From assembly GCF_006345805.1 (NCBI RefSeq), contig NC_042998.1, positions 143,468,001 through 143,532,000 on the forward strand: 64,000 nt of DNA. Reading direction: 5' to 3'. The stretch's first letter is position 1, and the number at the start of each line of letters is the position of its first letter. This DNA comes from Octopus sinensis (Eukaryota). The notes under the pieces were generated by a model. It was not told the origin of the DNA. It saw only the letters and a program-made list of their open reading frames with translations, and did no database searches. The translations under genes and the position numbers were made by a program. Of this stretch, positions 1 through 12,019 are shown in pieces.

Positions 1-28
<28 letters not shown>

Positions 29-32
<4 letters not shown>

Positions 33-240
33 TAATCCAAATATGAAAACACAAAGAGAAAACACAACAACGCGAGAACGTGGAACAAATATAGTATTAT
101 TGGACACTCAGGAAGGAAGGGAAGAAGGAGGGTTTTACGTTTCTAGCGGAGCTCTTCCTCAGAAACATAGGAAAAGGAAAGATCCAGAGAAGGGAAGACG
201 GGGGAAAAAAAATCACCAACGGTACACATGCGGTCACATT
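29..240 (-). mobile_element. Penelope-like element terminal (pseudo-LTR) remnant carrying a minimal hammerhead motif
   Basis: Lies between (TA)n tracts. Related to the HHR-bearing repeats at 37.8 kb and 56.9 kb through the shared GAGC..GCTC-GAAACGT core and a downstream CTGAGNGTC-A-ANTAAT segment. Confidence 0.55.
131..171 (-). ncRNA. Minimal type I hammerhead ribozyme motif, one stem II mismatch (family A)
   Basis: Minus strand reads GTTT-CTGAGGA-A-GAGC-tcc-GCTA-GAAA-CGT-A-AAAC: stem I GTTT/AAAC, CUGANGA core, GAAA, palindromic ACGT stem III. Confidence 0.6.
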
Positions 241-548
<308 letters not shown>

Positions 549-572
549 ATATCTATCTATCTATCTATCTAC

Positions 573-622
<50 letters not shown>

Positions 623-659
623 GTCTATCTATCTATCTATGTATCTATCTATCTATTTA

Positions 660-714
<55 letters not shown>

Positions 715-2629
715 GGATATATAATATATATACAAATATATATATATATATATACAAATACTAAAGGTTGTCACCAACTCCCCCATGCAATTTCCTCCCA
801 CCCGGTGCAACCTGTCGGCTCCAGCACATCCCGATTTCCTATATGTGCGTGTATATGTGTATGTGTGTGTGTGTGCGTATGTATGTGCACATACGTGTAC
901 GTATGTGTACATATATACATATATGTACATGTGAGTGTGTGTGTGTGTGTGTGGGTGTGTGTATGTGCATATACGGTTCCCTGCATTTTCCTCCTATATA
1001 TACAAATTTTGTCTCCCATATATGACTTCTTTTCCCTAAATATTTCTTCTCCTACACCCATATCCTCCCTATGTAGTCTCTTTAATTCCCTATATCTATA
1101 CCCTTTCACATTTCTAACTCGGATGTCGAACGCACACCGCCAAACTCCACTTCCCACCCTTCCAATTTTCAGTTCCCCCCCATCTCATGTTAAACTTTAC
1201 CAAATTATATTTTTATCTTATTTTATGTTATTTTTATTTTTATTTTTACTTTTATTTTTACTTTTATCCTACTTCCATTTATCTTTATTTTTAATTTTAT
1301 TTTTACTTTTATTCTACTTCCATTTATTCTCATTTTTATTTTCATCCCTTACCTTAACTCTTATAATTTTTATAATTCTTATATTTCATTTCTAACTATT
1401 ACATTGTATTTCTTATTTTATACTGTATTTTTTATTTCTAATCTTTACCCTTACCCTCATTCTTACCCATAACTTATCGCTTTACACCTCTATATATGTT
1501 TATTTACTTACCTATGGATCCACTTTTTGACTATACGAGCGTCCGCGTACGTGTGTATACGCATACATACATATGCACGCGCATATATGTACATGCATAC
1601 TTCGATATCTTATAGCTATACCCATGTGCGCGTGTGTCTCTGTCTCTGTGTGTGTATATGAGTGTATATGTGCACGCACATACGGACACATAGCCGTGTA
1701 TGCGTGCACGTATAGACATGAGTACGGGATTCTTTAAATACGTTCTTATACACATCCTTTAATATCTTATACCTAGACCTAGAGGCGTGGGCATATACGT
1801 GTGTGTATGTAGTGATGGGCGCGCGTATATACATGTGAGTGTGTACGCGTATAATGTCCGCGTATACATGCGGATATTGTTGTATGTATGTGTGTGTACG
1901 CGGTGCGTGTGGGTGCGTGTGTGTTATGTACGTGTTTACACGCGCGAGTGCGTGTGTATGCTTATAGGCTTGGAGGCGTATGTGTACGCGTGTATGTGGG
2001 TGTATGTATCCATGATGATATGTATGTACTAGAAGTCCATTAATTCAAGGAACCAGATTAAATGCTCATCAGCTCTGATTTACAACGCATTAGGTCCCCA
2101 GACGAAACTGTTGATTTACTGACAATTCTACAACTAAATTTTATCAATCTCCTGACCACCATGCTTGGTCTGTAACCTCTATACATCCCTTATCTTTACA
2201 TTCTTTTACACTTTTATCATGCTTTTATCAGGTTTTTTTTACTTTTATTTCTATTTCTATTTTTACTTTATAACCTTATGCCTTTACATTTATTTATATT
2301 TCTTTATATTTCTTTATACCCCCTTTACATCTCCTTACAACTCTTTATATCTTTTCCTCTACATTTTTATATTATTCTATACTTACCACTTTTTATACAT
2401 TTTTTATCCCTCGTCCCGAACTCTCGCCCCTCCATCTTCACCTCTATATATGTATTTATTTATTTACATTACCTCAACATCCATTTTCCTCATTCTACAT
2501 TGAGAGAAGAAAGAGATGGACGCTTCAATTCTATGCTGCTGCCGCATTATGTCGTACGTGAATGAGAGGATTTGCATCCCCAACCAAGAATTTTTGATGT
2601 AACACATGTCCTTGTGGAAGCTGTTGTGC

Positions 2630-2707
2630 GCGGCTGAAGAAGGCCACAGACATACATTATGCATTGTTATAAATCTGTCTAATAAAGGCCCGAAACATAT
2701 GTACCGC
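2630..2707 (+). ncRNA. Type I hammerhead ribozyme, intact core (family B)
   Basis: GCGG-CTGAAGA-A-GGCC...GGCC-C-GAAA-CATATG-TA-CCGC: stem I GCGG/CCGC, stem III is the perfect palindrome ACATATGT, GUA cleavage triplet ends at 2703. Confidence 0.8.
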
Positions 2708-2769
2708 TGAATCCTTCGCATCATGTTTTTATTTTATTTTGATCAATATATATAAAAAAATATATATAT

Positions 2770-2860
<91 letters not shown>

Positions 2861-3048
2861 TATATATATATATAATACACATACATACATATATATATAT
2901 GTATATATGGGTAATATATATTATATATATATATATTATATATATATATATATATAATATATATATATATACATACATACATATATACTTTGATACTTTG
3001 ATAGGTTTCGGCCATTATTGGCCCAGGCCATGTCTAACTTAAGGAGCA

Positions 3049-3097
<49 letters not shown>

Positions 3098-3404
3098 CAT
3101 ACACACATATATATATATAGCCTCAGGCCGAACAAAGCCCTGTTTCGTACACGGAAACTGAAAGAAGACTGTCGTATATATGTGTATATTTGTGTGTGTG
3201 TGTATGTGTGTGTGTGTGTGTGCTTGACAACCGATCTTGCTGTGTTTACATTTTCATAACTTAGCGGTTCGGCAAAAGACACTGATAGAATAAGTACTAG
3301 GCTTGCGAAGAATAAATCTTGTAGTCGAATTGCTCAACCAACGGCAGTGCTCCAGCATAGCTGCAGTTACATGACTGAAAAAATAAAAGAATAAAAAAAC
3401 TATG

Positions 3405-3960
3405 CCATTTTAATCCCTTTTCTACTCTAGGTACAAGTCCCGAAATTTTGGAGGAGGGTGCCATTCTATCTGATCGACCTCAGTGCGCAACTGGTACTTA
3501 ATTTTTCGATCCCGAAAGAATGAAACACAAAGTCGACCTCGGCGCAATTTGAACACGAAATACCTATTTCTTTACTACCCACAAGGGGCTAAACACCGAG
3601 AGGACAAACAAGGACAGACAAACGGACTAGTCGATTATATCGACCCCAGTGCGTAACTGGTACTTATTTAATCGACCCCGGAAGGATAAAAGGCAAAGTC
3701 GACCTCGGCGGAATTTGAACTCAGAACGTAGCGGCAGACGAAATACCTATTTCTTTACTACCCACAAGGGGCTAAACACAGAGACGACAAACAAGGACAG
3801 ACAAACGGATTAAGTCGATTATATCGACCCCAGTGCGTAACTGGTACTTATTTAATCGACCCCGAAAGAATGAAAGGCAAAGACGACCTCGGTGGAATTT
3901 CAACTCAGAACGTAACGGCAGACAAAATACCTCTAAGCATTTCGTCCAGCTCGCCGCCTT
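3405..3960 (-). mobile_element. SINE family 2, tandem multimer (about 3 units)
   Basis: Repeated GTCGACCTCGGCGGAATTTGAAC and TCGACCCCAGTGCGTAACTGGTAC units; GGCGGCGAGCTGG head at the right end. Confidence 0.75.
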
Positions 3961-3961
3961 A

Positions 3962-4014
<53 letters not shown>

Positions 4015-4061
4015 GAACAACAACAAAACAACAACAAAACAACAACAACAACAACAACAAT

Positions 4062-4330
4062 AATGTGCCAACTATTGCTGGGTCCTTGAAGACAGTATCA
4101 GAAGGCATCAAAAAGGAATATAAAGGAAATGAGAATTGAGTGCCTAGTAGAACTGTTACAAAAGATTTGCCTCCTTAGCACCGTCAGATTCCTTAGTAAA
4201 GTTTTAGATCGTTAAATAGAACAGATAGCATGCTGCCACAGGCTGCAGGTAGCAAGCCAGCTGCGCATGCAAGACTCCAAGAGTTCCAATAAAATACCTG
4301 AGTTTAAAAAAAATGATAATAATAATAATC
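4062..4330 (+). mobile_element. 3' terminus of an R4/Dong-like LINE with (AAT)n tail
   Basis: Frameshifted translation resembles the C-terminal VPxxxGxLxTV...LLQKICLLxTVRxLxKVL motif; followed by a short UTR and an AAT repeat. Confidence 0.55.
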
Positions 4331-4772
4331 CTTTCTACTATAGGCACAAGGCCTGAAATATGAGAGAGGGAGAAGATGATTACATCGACCCCCTTCCCCC
4401 ACCAGTGCTTATTTATCGAACCCGAAATGACGAAAAGCAAAATCAATTTCGGCAGAATTTGAATTCAAGACGTAAAGATGGGCGAAATGTCGCTAAATTC
4501 TGTCCAGCGCGCTAAAGATTCTGCCACTTCGTTGCATTAACGACGACAGCAACAACAACTATTATTATAATAATAACAAGAGCATTCCGAGAGCGCAAAC
4601 CTCCGCCAAAGCAACATCATCATCCTCTCAACGATTAGCAAGAGCTGATTTTTAAAATGAGAATATCTGAAATAAGCTCGACTGCTCTCACAAATGCAAA
4701 TACTAAAAATGAACCTGACCATTCTCAAAAATTAAGTAAAAACAAAAAAAACAAAAAAACAAGAAAAATAAA

Positions 4773-4958
4773 CTAGAATCGTTGTCCGGTACCGGATCGA
4801 CCCCGAAATCTAATCAGTTCGTGCCTGTCACGAGGCTAAACATCCCTGAAAGTTTCATCCGAATCCATCAAGCGGTTCTTGAGATATCTTGTCCACAGAT
4901 AAACAAACAAACACGACTGAAAAAAATACCTCCACCTTAGCGAAGGCGGAGGTAATAA
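4773..4958 (+). mobile_element. Short non-autonomous element with a 3' terminal hairpin (Helitron/Helentron-like)
   Basis: Ends in the hairpin ACCTCC-A-CCTT-agcg-AAGG-C-GGAGGT (4928-4953) followed by AATAAT. Superfamily assignment is inference. Confidence 0.4.
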
Positions 4959-5325
4959 TGGTTTCAAATTTTGGGTCATGGCCAGAAATTTCGAAGGTAG
5001 AGTTAAGTCGATTATATTGACCTCAGGACTTAACTGGTACACTATTTAATCGACCACCAAAAAATGAAAGGCAATAAATAAACAAATAAAAAAAATTTTC
5101 TGAAGCGCCACCATGTTTGTCAGCTGCCATATTTATTTATTAAGAAAATAAAAAAATTTAAATGTGTTGCTACTTCATACATATATATTCTTATAAATAA
5201 TTAATTAAGTCATTGGATGAGTGGCGTGTCAGGCAATTCTCAGTCTTTATCTCTTTCGTTGTAAGATTTTCCAAATCGAAAAGCCATTTTATATCAGTAC
5301 TTACAAACAACTAAACAATATATAT

Positions 5326-5702
5326 GTGGCACTCCGTCGGTTACGACGGCGAGAGTTCCAGTTGATCCGATCAACGGAACAGCCTGCTCGTGAAATTAAC
5401 GTGTAAGTGGCTGAACACTCTACAGACACGTATACCCCTAACGTAGTTCTCGGGGATATTCAGCGTGACACATAATATGACAAGAGCGACCCTTTGAAAT
5501 ACAGGTACAACAGAAACAGGAAGAAAGAGTGAAAGAAAGTTGTGATGAAAGAGTAGAGCAGGGTTCGCTCCCCCCCGCCCCGGCGTAGCCTCGTGGAGCT
5601 TTATGTGTTTTCGCTCTATAAGTACTCACAACGCCCGGTCTTGGAATCGAAACCGCGATCCTACGAGCGCGAGTCCACTGCCGTAACCACTGGGCCATAG
5701 CG

Positions 5703-5705
<3 letters not shown>
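5326..5705 (-). mobile_element. tRNA-derived SINE (family 3), apparently full length
   Basis: Minus-strand head GGGCGCTATGGCCCAGTGGTTA...GCGGTTTCGATTCC with A/B-box-like motifs; head shared with 14011-14294 and tail shared with 22.0-22.1 kb. Confidence 0.75.
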
Positions 5706-5747
<42 letters not shown>

Positions 5748-6086
5748 ACACACACACATATATATACATATATAATATATATATGTATATACATACAAAT
5801 TATATATATACTCGCAACACATGCATGCACACGTTTTATTAACTCAGTGTAGATGGAATTTTTCGCACAAGGATATATAAAGCCCCACCTATATCAGTTT
5901 ATTAATGTAAATTAAACTTTCATAACACGTATTACATCAAGTTGCCTTCCCTTTCCAGGGAAACATACATTCTTTCGCGTTTACCTCAATCTTCTCCTAT
6001 CACGTCTTTCCTTTTCTCTCTCACTCGCTTCACTTTCTTTTCCTTTTCCTCTCAACACTTTTCTGTACCCACTCTCTTTCTCCCCT

Positions 6087-6119
<33 letters not shown>

Positions 6120-6215
6120 TTGTGACTTCCTATTTCTCTACTCAGTACCCATCAACTATTGATTATTTCACAGCCTGCCCCGCCTCTCTCTCCTCTCGCT
6201 CACTTTCACACACAC

Positions 6216-6277
<62 letters not shown>

Positions 6278-8082
6278 ATGTATATGAATATATGTATATA
6301 TATACATCCATACACACAATACACACACACATGTATATGAAACTATGATTGATAACTTGATTCTATCTTATATGCCCACCTACTCCACTAACTACCAACC
6401 AGATCTATCTAATTAACAAATTTAACTAATCACTATCTTCTTTATCAAATTATTAATTACATCTCTTCTCTTCGTTTCACTCTCCATCTTCACATCGCTC
6501 TCTCTCTCCCTTTCCTCCCCCTCTCTCCCACTCTTTCTCTCGCTTTCTCTCTTTCTCTTCGTGCCCATTAAATTTTTAGTATAGTAAAGTTATTCCATCT
6601 AATTCGGAAACACGGCATATTTTCTTTCTATTCTAGATCACATCCAACGAAAATACTTTTTTCAAGAACACAGATGTAGATTGGTACAAGATAGATATTT
6701 CTGTGAATTCTATAGAATCAGTGTCGTTGATAATTTTATCTCTGATACATGTATTGCTTCTGTAGTGAGGGAGGCAAAAAAAAATTGCCAAGTGAATCAT
6801 TGAGAAACTAGTTCAAATTTTTCTGCATTTTAAACTCAACACAATTTTTTCTTTGTTTTCTTGGTCTGTTCCCTTACCATATTTTAAAGGCATAAAAAAC
6901 TGCCGGACGTATTAAGCGTACCCCATTTTCAACAGTGCTTATTCAGGACAAACGGGGTTTTTTTCTGTATTAAGGTTAATGGAAGATCCAACTCTCCATA
7001 TAGGAGCCGAGGTGAATCTTTGAAGGATTTTTGGCACAGCTGATTGGACGCTGGCTATTTGGCACTGGTGAGTGGGAAATCAATCTGTTTTGACAACCAT
7101 ACATTTTTGGTGCTCGAGGCAATTACACACATGCGCAGAAATATGCACATAAAAATATACAGATAGAGTGAATGAACGAGAGTGAAAGAGAGGGAGATAG
7201 ATAGAGAGAGAGACAGACAGACAGAGAGATTGCAATTTATCAATTGGACATGGCTGACATAAACACTTTCCTCTCCTCATACATATAAAGAAAGATGCTC
7301 ACACGCATAAACAGAAAGAGAGAGAGAGGGGGGGGAAAGAGGAAAAGGAAGAGAAAAAGAGCGAGAGAAGGAGAGAGTTGGGGGAGAATGAGACCAACAT
7401 TACAACGTGTAACATCAAAAAAGCTAGCAATGAATTAGCAGCGCCAAATAGATGTCGCCAAAACGGCTTTACCAAAACAACTCACATCCATTGAAGAAGT
7501 AATTATTTTATTGCGCTTTTCTTGTTCATTATCAGTTGACAGCCTCATTCGTTTACCACTTAGAGTATCAGCTACCTCTTTGTCATCACTACCGGTAACT
7601 TATTTCTTAATGTCACGAACCCCTGGTCTCTTGGCCTTCAGAACGACACCAGCAAAAATGTCGACCGTGTCTAGTTCTTTCGTATCTAACATTCCTATAA
7701 GTCACTGCTGCGACGCGTTCCGCTTCAATATTGTGTTGTTAAAACATGTTCATAAGAGATTTTCTCTTAGCCTAAACCCCAGCAACATGCCTTTCAATGA
7801 TGCATATACATCTAACATGATACACAGATGGCCGTTTTGATTTGATGTTGTTTCAATTGTGTTTATCGAGTCTTGCACAGCCCGGAAAGCATTCCTCAAA
7901 ATTAGTGAATGCATTTACTGTTTCTTATATATCGAAGCATGAATTTCGTTCAAGCCTATGAGAAATGGGTACACGTTATTGATGAGCTCTTAGAAGAAAG
8001 AAACGAATCTCAGTCAATGCAGTCACTGCTATGTTCGCATTGCTTCAATAAATATTATGTTTTTAAAACAACTTGTTTGATT

Positions 8083-8852
8083 ACTATAACAAAGAAGCTA
8101 AAGCGCGCAGAGTGAAGCAGCTTAGCACAGATTGACTTTGAACTCTGCTGTGCATGCGCACTAAGCGTGTGATCGTCGCATTGACAATGACAGAGAAAGT
8201 TGAGCAGAGAATCTGCTTCAAATTTTGCCACAAGCTTGGTAATACCTACTCAGAGGCCTACACAAAATTTTCATCGTTCTCAACACAATCAATGAGATCT
8301 TGTGCAACTGAAACCCGAGTATCTTTTTGGTTAGCTGAAAGCAGTTTTAACACGAACTTAGCAGACATGCGTCTCATACCCAAATCTTCAGTGATAATGG
8401 ATTGAACTGAATCGTAACTAATCTGCATATTTCCTGATAATTTACGGATGGGGATTCGACAATTTCTCTTCACATCTGCACGCATATCTGCAATGTTTTT
8501 CTCAGTTCTGCTGGTTGTGGGCTCCGAGAACGTTCGTCAATATCGACATTTTTCCGCCATCTTGGAAACTTCTGAACCGCCTGTACACTTGTGTGTGCCT
8601 CATACACTTTCTGCAACTTTGCGCGGGCCTATGAGCAGGTATCGCCATGAAAACTTTCTCTGTCACAGTCAATACGACGACCACACGCTGCACACCTTCC
8701 TTCCTTCCACTGCTGTAAACAGCGGAAGTGAACCAGAAAGTTAAAACTTGGTGCGCATGCACAGCAGAGTTCAAGGCCAATCTGTGCCGAGCAGCTTCAC
8801 TGTGCTTCGTTACTATAGCAACAGTCCGGATACTTATTGATCAGACCTCGTA
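8083..8852. mobile_element. Mariner-family transposon remnant made of two convergent 5' halves
   Basis: Plus strand MTEKVEQRICFKFCHKLG (HTH) from about 8187; minus strand ..ITEDLGMRRMSAKFVLKLL..CVENDENF; right end is a TIR (CGAGGTCTGATCAATAAGTATCCGGACT on the minus strand) followed by TA at 8851. Confidence 0.8.
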
Positions 8853-9027
8853 TAAAAAGATTTTATCTCAAACAAAAACCACAGTAGTATGTCTTTCTGA
8901 GTATGAAACACGGATGGCCATCCTCTCTCTCTCTTTTTCTCTGTGTGTGTGTGTGTGTGTGTTTACGTGTGCCTGCGCCAGTGTATACATACATACATGC
9001 ATACATGCACACACACATATATCTGTA

Positions 9028-9063
<36 letters not shown>

Positions 9064-9904
9064 TATATATATGTATGTGTATATGATATACATGTATATA
9101 TACTTATACACATTAGCATGAACTTTAACTGAATATATATTTTGTGTTGAGATTAAAAAAATCTGTATTTCATAAAATTCGTCTGCACCTGGCTTCACGT
9201 ATGTGAATGTATGTGTGTGAGTGTGGTTGTGTGTGTGTGTGTGTATGTGTGTGTGTGTGTTGTGTGTGTGTGGTTGTGTGTGTGTGTGTGTCTGTTTATA
9301 TTTGCATATATATGCATTCAACCGCACATACTATATGCGTAGAACTTCAACATACATAAATATTTCATAAAATTTATCTGCGCTTGTCTTCAGGTAATGC
9401 CGTTCTTAATCACACGAACACATACAAACATAAACACATTCACGTTCTTTCTCCTTTCTCTTCTTGTCTCTTTCTTCCTCTCAGTTCTCACCCACCTCAC
9501 ATTCTCATTCGATCTTTCTCTCTCTCTAAGTTTCTCCCTCTCACCCTACTTTCTCTCTATTGTATGCAAACACCAACGAATACATTCTTTGAATTAGAAG
9601 AAGATATCAGGTAGCCATATTGACGGATATATATTTGTAAACTGCGTGTATAAGAGTGTATATGTGAATGCGTGTGCTAGTATGAACGTGCATAATGTAT
9701 GTGCGTATATTTCATAATTCAAATAAATATATGTATATTGCATTATACGTTCCAGCGATGGATACATGCATTATGCATAGATTCCTTCGTTTGTGCTTGT
9801 GTGTGAGTGTGTGCGCGCGCGGCTTTTGTATATTATGTATGTGTGTATATTCGTATATTATGTATGTGTGTATATTTGTATATTAAGTATGTGTGTATAT
9901 TATT

Positions 9905-10291
9905 TTATTCTTTTATTCTTTTACTTGTTTCAGTCATTTGACTGGGGTCATGCTAGAGCACCGCCTTTAGTCAAACAAATCGACCTCAGGACTTATCCTT
10001 TGTAAACCTAGTACTTATTCTATCCAGCTCTTCTGCTGAACCGTTAAGTTACGGGAACGTAAACACACCAAGATCGGTTGACAAGCGATGGTGTGGGGCG
10101 GGACAAACACGGACACGCATATATACATATTTCTTACAGTTTCCGCCTACTAAATCGAATCACAAGGCTTTGGTCGGCTCGAGGCTATAGTAGAAGACAC
10201 TTGCCCAAGGTGCCACGTAGTGGGACAGAAGCCGGAACCATGTGGTTGGGAAGCAAGCTTCTTACCACACAGCACACAGCAACACCCGCGC
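9905..10291 (-). mobile_element. SINE family 1 copy
   Basis: Reverse complement of the head/tail sequence seen at 31490-31895. Confidence 0.75.
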
Positions 10292-10301
10292 CTATATATA
10301 T

Positions 10302-10351
<50 letters not shown>

Positions 10352-10477
10352 CACACATATATATACACACATATATATATATGCATATATATACATGTAT
10401 ATATGTATGTATATACAAATGTGTATATACATTTTTATGTATGCACATAAATATATATACACATGCATACACACACA

Positions 10478-10528
<51 letters not shown>

Positions 10529-10633
10529 GTACATCTCAAAAGTGACAGAGTGTACTGGGTAGCACCGCTTTTGCTAAAGATAAGAACGAAACTAACTCAA
10601 AAGCCACAATATCACTGTCGTAATGATTGACAA

Positions 10634-10689
10634 AGCCGGATCGCGATTTCGGATTTTGATGTAAAACATCTTAATCCTCATCAGTGGCT
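10634..10689 (-). ncRNA. Type I hammerhead ribozyme, complete core (family C, copy B)
   Basis: AGCCA-CTGATGA-GGATT-aa-GATG-tttta-CATC-aa-AATCC-GAAA-TCGCGA-TC-CGGCT. All core nucleotides present, perfect stem II, palindromic ATCGCGAT stem III, AUC triplet; only the core-proximal stem I pair is A/C. Confidence 0.88.
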
Positions 10690-10821
10690 CTTAACGCCTA
10701 GGGTTAAAATCACCTATCTCTGTTAGTCTTATAAGAAAACCGCTTTGAAAATCAACACACATTTTCAACGGTTTTTCTTATAAGACTGACAGAGATGGGT
10801 GAATTTAACCCTAGGCGTTAA

Positions 10822-10879
10822 TAGCTGCTGATGAGTATTAAGATGTTTTACATCAAAATCCGAATTCGCGATCCGGCTA
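10822..10879 (+). ncRNA. Type I hammerhead motif, one core substitution (family C, copy A)
   Basis: TAGCTG-CTGATGA-GTATT-aa-GATG-tttta-CATC-aa-AATCC-GAAT-TCGCGA-TC-CGGCTA. 6-bp stem I; GAAA reads GAAT. Confidence 0.8.
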
Positions 10880-11144
10880 TGTACGCTGGGGACTTACCTC
10901 CCTTTGTGAGTCACTTAAGACAGTGCAGTATTGGTTTTGAGTTAGTTTAACTCTTATCTTTAGCAAAAGCGATGCTAGTCAGTACCCTCTGTTTACTTTT
11001 GTGACCTCTATTAATTTTGCCTTTAGGTTCTAATTGCTAATAAGCCACACCCTTTAATTTGTTGTTTACACTTTTACCGTTTTAAAAACCAGCATACGTT
11101 TTCAACGGAATTCTTATGAGGTGAGGTTAAGCCTATGCGTTAAG

Positions 11145-11198
11145 AGCCGCAATGAGGATTAAGATGGTCTACATCAAAATCCAAAATCTCGGTACACT
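11145..11198 (+). ncRNA. Degenerate hammerhead motif (family C, copy C)
   Basis: AGCCG-CAATGA-GGATT-aa-GATG-gtcta-CATC-aa-AATCC-AAAA-TCTCGG-TA. Stem II intact, core decayed. Confidence 0.6.
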
Positions 11199-11619
11199 AG
11201 AGACTTACCTTCGTCAGCCATTAAGACAATGATTTTGTGGCTTTTAAGTTACGCTTTTTAATTTATATTTATGTACGTATGCATAAGTGTGTGTGCATAT
11301 TCTTGTATACTTTTATTTTTATTTGTTTCAGTCATTTGACTGTTGGCATGCTGAAGCTCCGCCTTAAAGGGTTTTAGTCGAACACATGGACCCCAGGACC
11401 TATTCTTTCTGAGCTTAGTACTTCTATTACTCTTTTACTAAGTTACGGGACATAAACGACATCGGTTGTCAAGTGGTGGTTGTGGTGGTGGTGGTGGGGG
11501 ATAAACACAGACACACAAAAATATATATATGTATGTATATATTTGTTATATACATACATATGCATGTGTATAAATATATATACATACATATATGTATAAA
11601 TTTATACATATATATATAC

Positions 11620-12012
11620 TCTTTACTCTCTTTTTACTCTTTTACTTGTTTAAGTCATTTGATTGTGGCCATGCTGGAGCACCGCCTTTAGTCGAGCAAA
11701 TTGACCCCAGGACTTATTCTTTGTAAGCCTAGTACTTATTCTATCAGGCTCTATTGCCGAACCGCTAAGTTGCGGGGACGTAAACACACCAGCATCGGTT
11801 CTCAAGCGGTTTGGGGGGGGGGGACAAATACAAACATAGAGACGCATACACACACACATATATATGCATATCTACGACGGGCTTCTTTCAGTTTCCGTCT
11901 ACCAAATCCACTCACGATGGTTTGGTCGGCCTGAGGCTATAGTAGAAGACACTTGCCCAAGGTGCCACGCAGTGGGACTGAACCCGGAAACATGTGGTTC
12001 GTAAGCAAGCTA
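11620..12012 (-). mobile_element. SINE family 1 copy
   Basis: Same sequence as the other family 1 copies; a partial copy lies upstream at about 11310-11500. Confidence 0.75.
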
Positions 12013-12019
12013 CTTTATT

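Larger units (their letters stand above)
10537..11252. mobile_element. Retrozyme/pseudo-LTR-like HHR repeat array, locus 1 (family C): one inverted arm plus head-to-tail monomers
   Basis: Arms 10537-10752 and 10761-11001 are inverted repeats. The plus strand continues into a second monomer, with HHR cores about 322 bp apart (10828 and about 11150). Confidence 0.8.

Noticed and set aside
2997-3030. GGCCA/TGGCC-GAAAC hairpin on the minus strand
   Set aside because: No CUGANGA upstream; at most a truncated remnant.
3405-3960. Regularly spaced repeats resembling a CRISPR array
   Set aside because: Units are about 180-bp SINE copies without unique spacers; eukaryotic context with no cas genes.
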